A stretch of DNA of 64,000 nucleotides from Lingula anatina (taxonomy: Eukaryota > Animalia > Brachiopoda): positions 6,510,001 to 6,574,000 of the forward strand of contig CM120643.1 of NCBI GenBank assembly GCA_051362555.1, given 5' to 3'. The notes under the pieces were generated by a model, which was not told where the DNA came from, did no database searches, and was given only the letters and a program-made list of their open reading frames with translations. The translations under genes and the position numbers were made by a program. This document shows, piece after piece, positions 12,888 through 23,854 of the stretch (positions are counted from its first letter, which is position 1; each line of letters begins with the position of its first letter).

Positions 12888-15827
12888 ATCTTTCTTAAAT
12901 CAAGAAATATAGTGAAAAATTAGTATTATTGGTAAAATAACACTCTGACTATAATTACTAACTCCATTTACACACTCAGAACATGTGTCACATTAGCAAA
13001 AAAATGTGAAATCATTTCAATACTATTAATAGTCTACAAAATGAAACAAGTGTCCAGCCCAATACAAGTTGTCAGAATCAGTCATGGCTGTGAGCAAGAT
13101 CTGTGGTCAACTCCTAAAGTTAAAGACAAATTTAACTTTAGTCCAAAATAACTGTGAAATGAGGAGTCTTAAAATGAACACACAAAATAAACTGCTTCCT
13201 TACATGTCATCATACTGGGGCTCATCTTCCAGGTTCTGCAGCACAGTGTCACCAGTGTCCTCTCTGTCATAGCACCTGATACTGTACATTGCTACATCAT
13301 ATATGCTATTCACAAGGAATGTTCCTATATTGACAAGGAGGCTGGAGAGGAAGATACCTCTATCAAGCTGAATGACACCAACAGCACTGAGAAGGGTACT
13401 GATAAGCAGCATGTTTGCAAACATGTAGTTTAAGGTGCTGTTAAACCACAGAAGGACAGGGGCCAGCTTCAAGCTGGAACAGCGTGTCCATCCATGACAG
13501 GACCACAAATACAGAAGGCAAGTTTGCAGTCCAAACCTGAAAAATATTTTAATAAATTAAAAAATTTATATCAAATATCAAAGTACGGACATTTTACATG
13601 AAAATTACTACGAGTACATTCCATGTTGAAGAAAAACTGAATACTACATTAAAAAATCAGAATATGTATCATTATTATTATTATCTTTCATATTTTATTT
13701 GTTGATAACTTGTAAAAGCAGACATTTCAAAGTACATCATATGCTTATTTATCAATTGTGAGAAAGTCTCCAACTTACCTGGAGTTCTTACAAGACTCCA
13801 AAGTGGTGTATCCCACTGTGAGGCATCCATTGCTGCTGAAGTGGGATTCACAGCCAGATACTGTATCATATACTGTTATATCCAGCACATTCCTTCAATG
13901 AAAGAAAAATAATAATAAAAATTCACTCAAATTTCTTTATACAAAATATGTAAAAATATCTACTATAAATAACATAACAATATGAATATAACTTAAACTA
14001 CAGATGCATCCAAGGTATTCATGACACAAAACATATTTCAGAACAATGACAAAAATAATCTTCATTTGATTTGCAAAACTTTCTTTATACAGGTCCAATA
14101 GTGTAAATATGTTTGTGATGTTCCAGTTTGTATTTTTAAAATTACCATTGAGCTCCTGGTCTATCACTGATGTACACCACAACCTTCTTCAGTTTTCCCA
14201 GGGACTCTGAGTTTAAAATAAAAAAGATTCACTATAATGATTAAATGTTAGTGTGTTGTTTTAGAGTACAACATGCATCAAATATAACAGAGTTGTAGTT
14301 TATTTCTAAAAATAAATTTAGTTAATGCATAACAATACCATAAGAACCCTGTTTTACAAATCACCAATAATTCTTGCACTAACTCTCTCTGAACATGCTC
14401 TGCACTTAACTTTATGATAAAAAGTCAACATAACTGAGTTAACATGATACTTTAAGTAATAGTAATCATATATAATATAGCCACTGACTGAGATGAACAG
14501 CAAACTGTGACCTGATGTTCCATTTAAGACTGTACATGCTGAATATTGAATGTAATAAAGTAAATGGCAGTTAGCTGCTAATAATACTGTTGAATCAATA
14601 TTTGCAAGAAAAGAAATTTATATGTGCGCCAAAATATTCAAGATACTCACCTTTTGTATACAAAAGAAACCATTTCTTCTGTCCTACCCCAAGGAAATTG
14701 TGCTTCCTCCCATGTTCATTCAGATTATATTCAGGAGATATCCCCTGGTCTCCTATCAACTGCAATCTGACTTTGGGTGTCTTTACTGCTACAAAACAAC
14801 ATATTTCTATAGTTTGGAATAAATTCAGTTAAATAACAACTTCAACAATTATATACAACTGTAAGACTCTTCATTGGCCTATATCTCTATTTATATTTTT
14901 GTCATTTCAGTATTAAAATATATTAAAATATATTATTATTATTCACACAATAATAACTAGTTTAAGCTTTTCAACAAGGATCAGAATCAATAACTTGAAA
15001 GATCTTAGCATCACTTTTACCTCTTTTCAGCCCATTTTGAACTGCTACCATGTTTCTATAGTGATGTTCACCAGAATATTTGGGAACAACTATGATACCA
15101 CTTTGCTTTCTCTGAAATGATAATGACCACTATAATTATAAGGCAAAGGAAAAGAAAGGAAAGGAAAGAAATGTAAAAATAAAACAATAATGTTTTGAAA
15201 CTGATTACAGCAGAAACTGTTTTTATACTTTCATGCAGACTAAATTTAAAATGTAAGTGCAACACAAAATTTTGTTTCACTCTCAGTACCTTCTTCCAAT
15301 TGAACCAAATGATATAACTCGTGCTGAGTAACATAATGCCCAAAAACGCAAAGATGAATGCAAATGTGAGATTCTGGTACAGCATGAACTTTTGTGGAGC
15401 TTTTTTCAAGGCAAAAGCTAGCAAAGAAAAGAAAGGATGTAGCTTAAAAATGGAAAGCAAGGAAGCAACCAAGGGCAAAGAGAAGTATAGGAAGCACGAT
15501 TCATTTAAATGAATATAAAAAAATAGAGAAAGTAGGGTCTAATGAATTAGTCTCAAACAATACAAAACAATAACACAAAGTAAGATGCTGAATGCATGGA
15601 ACTTTGACAAACCAAATTAAAAAAAAAAAAAACATCACAATTTGTGCTAAATGAATGGTGAAAAAACATTGGTTCCCCGTGAGTTGTTTTAATGTATATC
15701 GCCTGCTTTGTAAACAAAAAAGGTGCAAAAGAGTTACATAAGCCTATAGTTTGATGATATACTTACCTCCATGGAGAGGTTGCATGAGTAGCAACATCAA
15801 CAAAACTTTGATCTTCAAGTTCTTCAT
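11213..15827 (-). CDS. Truncated polycystin-1 (PKD1-family)-like membrane protein: signal peptide, short stalk, TM1, PLAT/LH2, TM2-3, loop, TM4-5; 10 exons, ~555 aa
   Basis: Exons 15767-15827, 15290-15417, 15021-15111, 14651-14788, 14146-14206, 13779-13892, 13204-13536, 12632-12845, 12120-12303 and 11213-11556 are all GT-AG and phase-consistent (1668 nt). PLAT-like segment: VAVQNGLKRAVKTPKVRLQLIGDQGIS...SLGKLKKVVV...QWNVLDITVYD. PKD1-like TM4-5: LPHFLIYPAF...VYGRELS...W...FVFQTLK. Confidence 0.8.
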
Positions 15828-15972
15828 ACTGGCAATTTTTTATATGTTCTCCCTGTATCAAATAATATGAAGCCGTGTACAACAAACACGTATATTTAAA
15901 AATGAAGTCGCGATTACGCGAATAAACGAGAAATTATCGATATTTCAAACAATTTGGACGGAGTTGACTTTG

Positions 15973-16662
15973 ACTTCCGCCCAAATCTCACAAATGTCTG
16001 TTGCTAATTGACGTCACAGACACAATCAGCTCACGTGACCATTGTGCTGGGATGTGCGGTTGTGATGTTAAAACAGCCAAATCGATAAAACAATAATAGT
16101 TATAAATAACATTCACCTTGAAGACTCACTGTACAGCCTGATTGGGGCTTTAATAAATTACTTTGAAGAGGATACGTATGGTTTATGTTATTTGTCGTAT
16201 TTGTTTGAATATATGTACATATAGTTCTACTTAAAGGGACAAAAAATAGGATTAAAAACGCCTTTTTAGTGCATGGATTGCTTCTTTTTTAACTTATCTG
16301 AGAACAATTGCTATGGGTAAAGCATAAAATGGCAGGTAAATGGCCTTAATCAATATCGAAAAAAAGAATCATATTCACCGTCCACTTTCGAACCCCGGGC
16401 GTCAGCCATCTTGACACAGTTTGAAATAACGCGGCTTCTCGACTCAGATACGAGATGTAAACAATGCAGACAGCATGTCGTTTCGAAGGTGAGCGTGGAC
16501 GTGAAGGAGAAGAGGAATTGCTCACCGAATCTTTGCAGGTAAGCGAGTTATATTTACCAAAAGTACTATAAAATGGGAAGATGGCAGTGGAAATCAAAAT
16601 GTCTGGCAGAGGAAGTTAAAAAGCGTAGATAACTGCTAATAATTAACGTTTCCTCGGGTAAC
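15973..16662. promoter_or_regulatory. CpG-containing, probably bidirectional promoter region
   Basis: ETS ACTTCCG at 15973, CRE TGACGTCA at 16009-16016, E-box TCACGTGA at 16031-16038, and an RFX X-box-like GTTTCCTCGGGTAAC at 16648-16662. It lies upstream of the polycystin-like gene, and plus-strand donors (cag|gtaagc at 16538) follow. Confidence 0.5.
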
Positions 16663-16986
16663 GCACTCGCAGCCAAATCACTCGCACTGGGTACGTACTA
16701 CTATAGTTATATGAAGCGAGATAGTGCACTTTACCCCTGAGGTGTATAGGTCTGTAAAGCAGAAGGAATACCCTTTTCTGCTTAATGTGGTCATCTACCA
16801 GTACTTACAGACTAACCTCACACCATATTCTCGCAGGGGAATCCCATGAGATATACGATGTAACTCGAGTACTAGTGGGGATAGAGGGTGTTCTTTGTAC
16901 GGCACGTAACTACGTTAGCTTATTTGTAAATTTAATAATATTGTCAATGAATATGATTATAAGGAATGATTTTTTTAGCCTTTCAG

Positions 16987-17034
16987 AGGAGGAATTTGTT
17001 GATACACCCCTTCAAGCACGAGTGAAGAGATCAG
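16987..17034 (+). other. Isolated 48-nt phase-1 micro-exon candidate (EEEFVDTPLQARVKRS)
   Basis: tttcag acceptor, gtatgt donor, and open in one frame only. No convincing partner exons were found. Confidence 0.3.
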
Positions 17035-17060
17035 GTATGTTAATAATTTTAGCAGTATAA

Positions 17061-17265
17061 CATGGGCAGATCCAGGATTATTTGAAAGGGGGGGGGGGGG
17101 GGGGGGTCCGCGGATGCAAAGGCGACCCCCCCCCCCCCCCCCTAGTTGGCGTGGGGTCCTGGGCCTGCTTAAAACTTTGGTATTTTAGAGGGTGAACAGT
17201 GCAATTTGGTACGGTTTAGCACTTTACTGTAGTAAATTAGCTAGTCAAAATTCTAATTCCAAGTG
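17061..17265. mobile_element. GC-rich MITE, same family as 9780-9990
   Basis: gggcagatccaggattatttgaa terminus, polyG/polyC tracts and a shared internal sequence. Confidence 0.6.
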
Positions 17266-17541
17266 GGGAATATTAGTGTGATTTTTTTACATCAGTTCTT
17301 TGAAACCATGTGTGATTATGTTATTTCTTCTTGTGGCCTTTATGATTTAATGCAGCTGCAGATATTTAAATTTAATTTTTTTTTTTTTTGCCATAATCAG
17401 ACTTGCTTCTTTATAATAAGCTGGTTATCATGTAGTGATCATGCCCTCTAATTTGTTGATTTTTGTTAAAGAATAGTGCTGTTATGATAATATCAATACA
17501 TTTTTTTCTTTATAACCATTTTATGTAATTTTACTATTACA

Positions 17542-17810
17542 GTGCCTCAAGTTATGTCTGGAAAACTCATACCAGGAAGCACTCCAATCTTACAATACTG
17601 CATCACTTCAATCTCGGTGTGACAAGTTGTGTAAAAGACTGCTACAAAAAATTTGCAGCGATGACCACATGATCCACCACCTTTTACCAAAACCGAGTGA
17701 ACAGTTTTATATTATAATGCCCATGTACATGTATTTAAAGTGACAAGACTGAGATCAGCGAGAGCCTCAAGGCCTTTATTTTCTGTGCATTGTCAACTCT
17801 TCAATAATTT
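17542..17810 (+). mobile_element. Degenerate 3' fragment of an L2-group (Daphne/Crack-like) LINE
   Basis: Reads SYQEALQSYNTASLQSRCDKLCKRLLQKICSDDHMIHHLLP, matching the SY.EAL...L..RR..LC...H.LH.LLP ORF2 tail. Confidence 0.55.
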
Positions 17811-19267
17811 TATAATTTTGTCAAATACATCCAAAGATTCAATTCTAATGCAATACTTGAAAACTTTTTTAGAATATATTTTAATGTCGAACATGTTTTT
17901 CTAAGAACTAGCCCTTTAGTAAATTAACATGTACTATCCAACTGTTAATATTAATTAACATATTGTTATGTACAAAGCATAAGCTGCAGTATCAATGAAG
18001 CATTAACTGGGTAGAGATTATGAATGAAATAAAAGTTTAAATATTGAAACATCTTTTATTTATATTTGGCAAAAATACAAGAATAAACAAAGTTTGCTAC
18101 ATAAGTTTTGGAATTTGGCCAAATCATCTTTATTATTACCTGTCACATGTAATGAATAAGACATACACAGATTCTGTAAGCTAGAATGCATAATTATTTT
18201 CATACTCATTAATGCCATCTTCATAAATAAGCCTTCTATTCAAGCATTCACAAACTTTCACATTGTGCAGTACACATTATAGTATGATAACATTTTTGAG
18301 AGAGACTTATTAATAGCCAGGCTATCATGTTAAGAGTCTGATGTACATGCAGACCCATGAGGATTGCAGATCAACAAATTATCCCCCTCTCTGTCAGTGT
18401 ATTGACTCATGTGAGCTGTCTCCATGCAAAGGGATGTGTCATAAGAAAGGACCAACCCAACTTACACAAACATAAATTGTTTCATCAGTAAGATATTCAC
18501 ACATACTTTTCCAAGATGTGCAGGGAATAAATAGAAAGGTATAAATATTTCTTTAAAAAATACAGGCATAGCTTCCCTGCATGAATTCTAAATAATGGCT
18601 GAGTGGAGAATTGAATACAGGCACAAGTGTTCACTCAAACCATTTTTGTAGGTCTTAAAAGAAATGACATGCAGTCATTTGCCAAATACAGAATTTTATG
18701 CTGTAACAAAGTCACAAAACTGCAACTGGTGATCTTACAAAATCTAACAACACACTGGTTTAAAATCAAGTTGAAATCACAATATGCCACCAGTACCATA
18801 TTCCATAATACATTTGATGTCATTTAGATTTAAGAAGTAAATGCTGGACCAAAATGGTTTATTCTCAATATCAGGCATATGACTTAGGTTTGGGAGGAAA
18901 GACCACCTTGATTTCCAATCTGTCTGCATTATAGCATACATGTAAGTGCTAGATGGTTTGAAGTCAGCAGATTATGCTTTGTCACATTGGCAAGATGAGT
19001 TCACTGAATATATCCTGTAAGCAGCACTCGAAAGTCAGGAAAAGTCTCTCACTATCCAACTCGTCCCCGCTTTGGACCCTCAAGAAAAGTTCATCTTTTT
19101 TTGGTGGAGAGCCATGGAGTTCCTCTTCCATGTAAAAAACTCTTCTTCAGGGCATCATACTGGCAGTTGCTCATAACCTTTAGGTCTAAAAAAGCAAATC
19201 AAAATAATAATAATAATAATTAATTAAGATTGCAACCCAGTGGGTTGAAGTTGTACATAGTGTTAAG

Positions 19268-22200
19268 TGTAATATCTTCACAACTGACTTTATTACTGAA
19301 CCATGTGCTTCTGTCTTACATGCTCACTAGAGGGCGCACGTCATGACAAGCCCAAACTAATATACTACATTCCTTCCCCCTTTGTAAGTGACACTTTTAT
19401 AGATTCCCAAATGAACTGATATGTTAAACACTAAAAATAGAACACCGTTAAAAAAATTCCACAACACCAGTAGTAAAATAACTGAAAAGAAAAAATGAAC
19501 ATAAACAGTTATGAACAAGTCTTTTAGGTCATGCAACAGTCTTCTTTTTTAAGACAGTGTAATTAATAGTCACAGTCTGTCTTGAGTTCTTTGCTGCTTT
19601 GAATATTTACACATCAACAATAACTTTTGGTTTTCTATTTCTCACTGGGTACCTGCTTTCAAAATTGCTAATTTTTACAGATTCGTCACCTGTAGTGACT
19701 TGGGTTTTCCCAGGAGATGCTGAAATTTCCACATTAATATTTTCCTCTACATTTATGTCACCAGTGTCAGTGACCTGACTGGTAGGCACTGGTGTGTCTG
19801 ACACATGTCTGGTTGTCATACCAAAATTCTCATTAATTACAGGCATCTCCACCATTGGAGATGAAAATACCTTTGAAAAACAATACTGGTCAAATGCAGG
19901 TATTATTTGGTCAACATGCACATGCTTTAGTCCTTTCTCAGTTTGTACTAAGTATCTCCTTGGGCCCAAAACTTTAATCACCGATCCAGTCAACCATTTA
20001 TCCAACTTGCTGCCCGTCATGTCCCTGACACGTACACGGTCGTGACACTGAAAACAACGTTCTGGTGCTTTATCATGATGTCGTTTCTGTTGCATTTGTT
20101 TCTCCTCTACAACATCAGCCAAATTGGGTTTAAGTAGGCTGAAACGTGTGCGAATCTGTCGCTTAAGAAAAAGTTCTGCAGGAGTTTTTCCTGTGGTAGT
20201 GTGAGGAGTGGATCTATAACGCATCAAAAAATTTGCTAATCTACGCTTTAATGACATATTTTTGTACTTCACATCATGCAAGTGTTTTTCCAATGCTCGT
20301 TTCACATTTTTCACTGAATTTTCCGCAGCCCCATTCGACTGGGGGTGGTAAGGTGGAACCAAGGTTTGTTTGATGCCATTTGTTTTCAGAAACTCCCGGA
20401 ATTTATCTGAACTGAACTGAGGTCCATTATCAGATACAACTTCCTCAGGTAGTCCATATGATGCAATCAGTATTCTAAGTTCATCGATGGTGTGTTCGGC
20501 ATCTGTATTAGACATTGGTATCACCTCGAGCCACTTGGAATGTGCATCATGCACTAAAAGGAATGTTTTCCCTTCCTTAAAAAAGAAATCCAAATGAATA
20601 CGGCTCCATGGCCTAACTGGCCACTTCCAAGGGTATAATGGTGACGCTGGTGGCATGTTGCGCACAGACTGACATGCGCTGCATTCTCTCACCTTACATT
20701 CAATATCACTGTTTAAATTTGGCCACCAAACATAACTCCTTGCTATTGCTTTCATAGCGCACACTCCAGGGTGCTCCCAGTGCAAATCCTCTAGCAGTGT
20801 TTGACGGTAGATCTCTGGTATCACAACACGGTTTCCCCACAAGATACACCCTTGCTCTGCTGAAAGCTCATGTCTCCTGACATGATATGGTTTGAGTATC
20901 TCTGAATCTAGATACTCTGGCCAACCACTCATCGTATAATCCATGACTTTGCTTAATACAGAATCTTTCCGAGTGGCCTCAGCTATGTCACTAGCAGTAA
21001 GTGGTAGCTCTGTAGCTACTTCACATACATATATTGTGCAATCACTGCCAATTGATGACACCTCATGTGGTAAACGCGACAAACAATCTGCATTGCTGTG
21101 TAGTTCTGACTTGCGATACTGGATGTCATAGTCATATGCTGACAGAATAATAGCCCACCGTTGCATTCTTGCTGCTGCGAGTGTAGGCACTCCTGTCTTT
21201 GGGCCCAGTATGGTAAGGAGTGGTTTGTGATCAGTCACTAGAGTCCATTTTCTTCCATACAGATACTGATGAAATTTTGTAACACCGAATATTATGCTTA
21301 GTGCTTCCTTTTCAATCTGAGCATAGTTGCGTTCACTTTTGCTCAGAGTTCGTGATGCAAATGCTATTGGTTTCTCTGAACCATCATCCATGATGTGACT
21401 AATGACTGCCCCCACTCCATATGCCGAGGCATCACAGTCTAGTTTTATTTTGCGTTGAGAATCATAGTGTGTAAGCACTCTGTCACTGCTTAACTCACAT
21501 TTGCATGCATCAAATGCCTTTTGACATTCCTCAGTCCATTTCCAATTGACATTCTTCTGCCTTAGTCTGTTTAATGGTGCAAGTGTGGTAGACATGTCTT
21601 TGAAAAATGCACCATAGTAGTTTACAAGTCCAATAAATGACTCGAGCTCCTGTACATTCTTGGGCACGGGTGCATCTCGAATAGCCTTGACTTTCTCCTC
21701 TGTAGGATGAAGTCCAGCTTTGTCCACCATATGTCCCAGATATTCAACTTTAGGCTCCAGAAAGCGACACTTCACTCTCTTAGCCTTTACTCCATATTCC
21801 TTCAATCGCTGTAACACTTTTTCAACCTTTTTGATATCTTCTTCATGTTTACCATCTTCCTCTATGCCCTTGATCAAAACATCATCTTGTGAACAAATAA
21901 CGCCATCAAAATCTTTCAACATTTGATCCATTACACACTGAAAGATCATAGGTGCACTTTTGACTCCATAAGCTAAGCGCTTGAACTTATACAACCCCTT
22001 GTGTGTGTTCACAACAAGATACTTTTGACTTTCTTCATCGAGCTCCAACTGGGCATAGGCACTAGACAGATCGATCTTTGTGAAAACAGTTCCCCCTGCC
22101 AACGTTGAGAACAGATCCTTGGCCGTGGGAAGTGGATACTGTTCTTGTGATACAGCCTGATTCACAGTTACTTTATAGTCACCACAAATTCTCACTGACC

Positions 22201-23724
22201 CATCACTTTTGGGTACAACCACTATGGGAGCTGCCCACTCACTGTGATCTACTTTTTCTATAATGCCACTTTGCTCTAGTCTATTCAACTCTGCTTCTAT
22301 TGCTGGTTTTAATGCGTAAGGCACAGGCCTGGCCTTACAGAACACAGGTGATGCATCTTCTTTGACTCTGATATGAGCTTTGAACTCCTTAATTTTCCCA
22401 TATCCCTCTGAGAACAAATTTTCATATTTGTTCATAAGCTCCTCTCCTACATTTGGCCCCAGAGGCTGTGATATGGCGAATATCTCCTTCCAATTTAATT
22501 TCAATTTTTGTAGCCATCCATATCCAAGTAGAGGCGGCTTACCACTGCCCTTTGCTACTATAAGTGGCAGTTGGAGATTTTGCCCTTCATGAACAACATT
22601 CACGGTGATTTTCCCTATCAGCGGGATGGTCTCCCCATTGTAGGCTCTTAGCCTTACATCTGCTGAACCCAGTTTCTTATGACTGAAATGTTTCTTGTAT
22701 GTGTCCTCAGTTATCACTGAAACCTCAGCTGCGGTATCGATTTGCATTTGTATTATTTGTCCATCGATTGCTATGGGTACGAAGACCCCTTTCCTATTGC
22801 TGTTGTTCTTTAATGAATAAATGTGTAAAATGTCAGAGTGGTTTTCTAAGGTATCTTCGATGACCTCATTTACTGTTTTCCCTCTTTCCCAACACACCTT
22901 AGCAATGTGTCCTACCTTAGAACATACAAAACATTTCTCATCTTTAAATCTGCAGTCATTTGGAGAGTGATTTCCTGTACATCGCCAGCATTTGTTTACA
23001 CTTTTGTTTTTCCTTACCGCTGGTCGGTTGCTCTCTTTTGAATTGCTAGTAGTTACTTTATGCACATTGGCTGGCTCTGCTATTGGCGGTCTGAATTGCT
23101 GAGAATGGCAGTGTGCCAATTCCATGGCCATGGCAACGTCAAATGCCATTTCAAGTGTAAGATCCTTGGTTGCTAATAATTTCTTTTGTGTCCCTTCATG
23201 AAGCAGACCACAAACAAATCTGTCACGCAACGCCTGATTCAAAAAGTCTCCATACTCACAATGTGTTGACAATCGTCTCAGTTCTGATAGATATTCACTA
23301 ACCTTCTCACCTTCAAGTTGGTTTCTTTTCATGAACTTGAATCGCTCAGCAATTACCAAAGGCTTTGGAGCGTAATAATTCTGTAAATGGCCCTTCAGCT
23401 GGTCATAACTCAGCGTGCTGGGTAACTCCGGCGAAGTTAAACTTTTTAGCTTTGCATACGCTGTACTGCCAATAACTGTTAGTAACACTGCAGCTTTCTT
23501 GTCATTTTCTATGTCATTGACTAAAAAATATTGCTCTAACCTCTCTATGTAGCACTCAACATTTTCTTTACTATCGTCAAATTCATTTAGACGGCCAATC
23601 CTCGCCATCCTCGTCGCCAGAATGTAATATCTTCACAACTGACTTTATTACTGAACCATGTGCTTCTGTCTTACATGCTCACTAGAGGGCGCACGTCATG
23701 ACAAGCCCAAACTAATATACTACA
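19268..23724 (-). mobile_element. Full-length Ty3/Gypsy LTR retrotransposon, Mag-clade type
   Basis: Identical 102-bp TG..CA LTRs at 19268-19369 and 23623-23724. 5-bp TSD TTAAG at 19263-19267 and 23725-23729. PPT at 19370-19383. PBS TGGCGACGAGGATGG at 23605-23619. Confidence 0.97.
19607..23608 (-). CDS. Single Gag-Pol polyprotein (two zinc knuckles, protease, RT, RNase H, integrase), 1333 aa
   Basis: Knuckles CWRCTGNHSPNDC and CFVCSKVGHIAKVC; protease IDTAA; RT RICGDYK and SQDD; RNase H CDASAYG and EKEAL; integrase HHCC with HLDF, SDNG and AENS. Confidence 0.97.
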   Translation of the reverse strand: MARIGRLNEFDDSKENVECYIERLEQYFLVNDIENDKKAAVLLTVIGSTAYAKLKSLTSPELPSTLSYDQLKGHLQNYYAPKPLVIAERFKFMKRNQLEGEKVSEYLSELRRLSTHCEYGDFLNQALRDRFVCGLLHEGTQKKLLATKDLTLEMAFDVAMAMELAHCHSQQFRPPIAEPANVHKVTTSNSKESNRPAVRKNKSVNKCWRCTGNHSPNDCRFKDEKCFVCSKVGHIAKVCWERGKTVNEVIEDTLENHSDILHIYSLKNNSNRKGVFVPIAIDGQIIQMQIDTAAEVSVITEDTYKKHFSHKKLGSADVRLRAYNGETIPLIGKITVNVVHEGQNLQLPLIVAKGSGKPPLLGYGWLQKLKLNWKEIFAISQPLGPNVGEELMNKYENLFSEGYGKIKEFKAHIRVKEDASPVFCKARPVPYALKPAIEAELNRLEQSGIIEKVDHSEWAAPIVVVPKSDGSVRICGDYKVTVNQAVSQEQYPLPTAKDLFSTLAGGTVFTKIDLSSAYAQLELDEESQKYLVVNTHKGLYKFKRLAYGVKSAPMIFQCVMDQMLKDFDGVICSQDDVLIKGIEEDGKHEEDIKKVEKVLQRLKEYGVKAKRVKCRFLEPKVEYLGHMVDKAGLHPTEEKVKAIRDAPVPKNVQELESFIGLVNYYGAFFKDMSTTLAPLNRLRQKNVNWKWTEECQKAFDACKCELSSDRVLTHYDSQRKIKLDCDASAYGVGAVISHIMDDGSEKPIAFASRTLSKSERNYAQIEKEALSIIFGVTKFHQYLYGRKWTLVTDHKPLLTILGPKTGVPTLAAARMQRWAIILSAYDYDIQYRKSELHSNADCLSRLPHEVSSIGSDCTIYVCEVATELPLTASDIAEATRKDSVLSKVMDYTMSGWPEYLDSEILKPYHVRRHELSAEQGCILWGNRVVIPEIYRQTLLEDLHWEHPGVCAMKAIARSYVWWPNLNSDIECKVRECSACQSVRNMPPASPLYPWKWPVRPWSRIHLDFFFKEGKTFLLVHDAHSKWLEVIPMSNTDAEHTIDELRILIASYGLPEEVVSDNGPQFSSDKFREFLKTNGIKQTLVPPYHPQSNGAAENSVKNVKRALEKHLHDVKYKNMSLKRRLANFLMRYRSTPHTTTGKTPAELFLKRQIRTRFSLLKPNLADVVEEKQMQQKRHHDKAPERCFQCHDRVRVRDMTGSKLDKWLTGSVIKVLGPRRYLVQTEKGLKHVHVDQIIPAFDQYCFSKVFSSPMVEMPVINENFGMTTRHVSDTPVPTSQVTDTGDINVEENINVEISASPGKTQVTTGDESVKISNFESRYPVRNRKPKVIVDV

Positions 23725-23854
23725 TTAAGAAAATTATAATGAAAATAAAGTGAATATTTGCTTGAATAAAACTGAGTTAAAAGACTGCTAATTGAACTTT
23801 AAAATTATTGTACTTAGGATAAAAGACAACATAATACTATTGGAAATTTAAAAG

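Noticed and set aside
23605-23619. tRNA-Ser gene
   Set aside because: Only 15 nt match; this is the retrotransposon primer-binding site.
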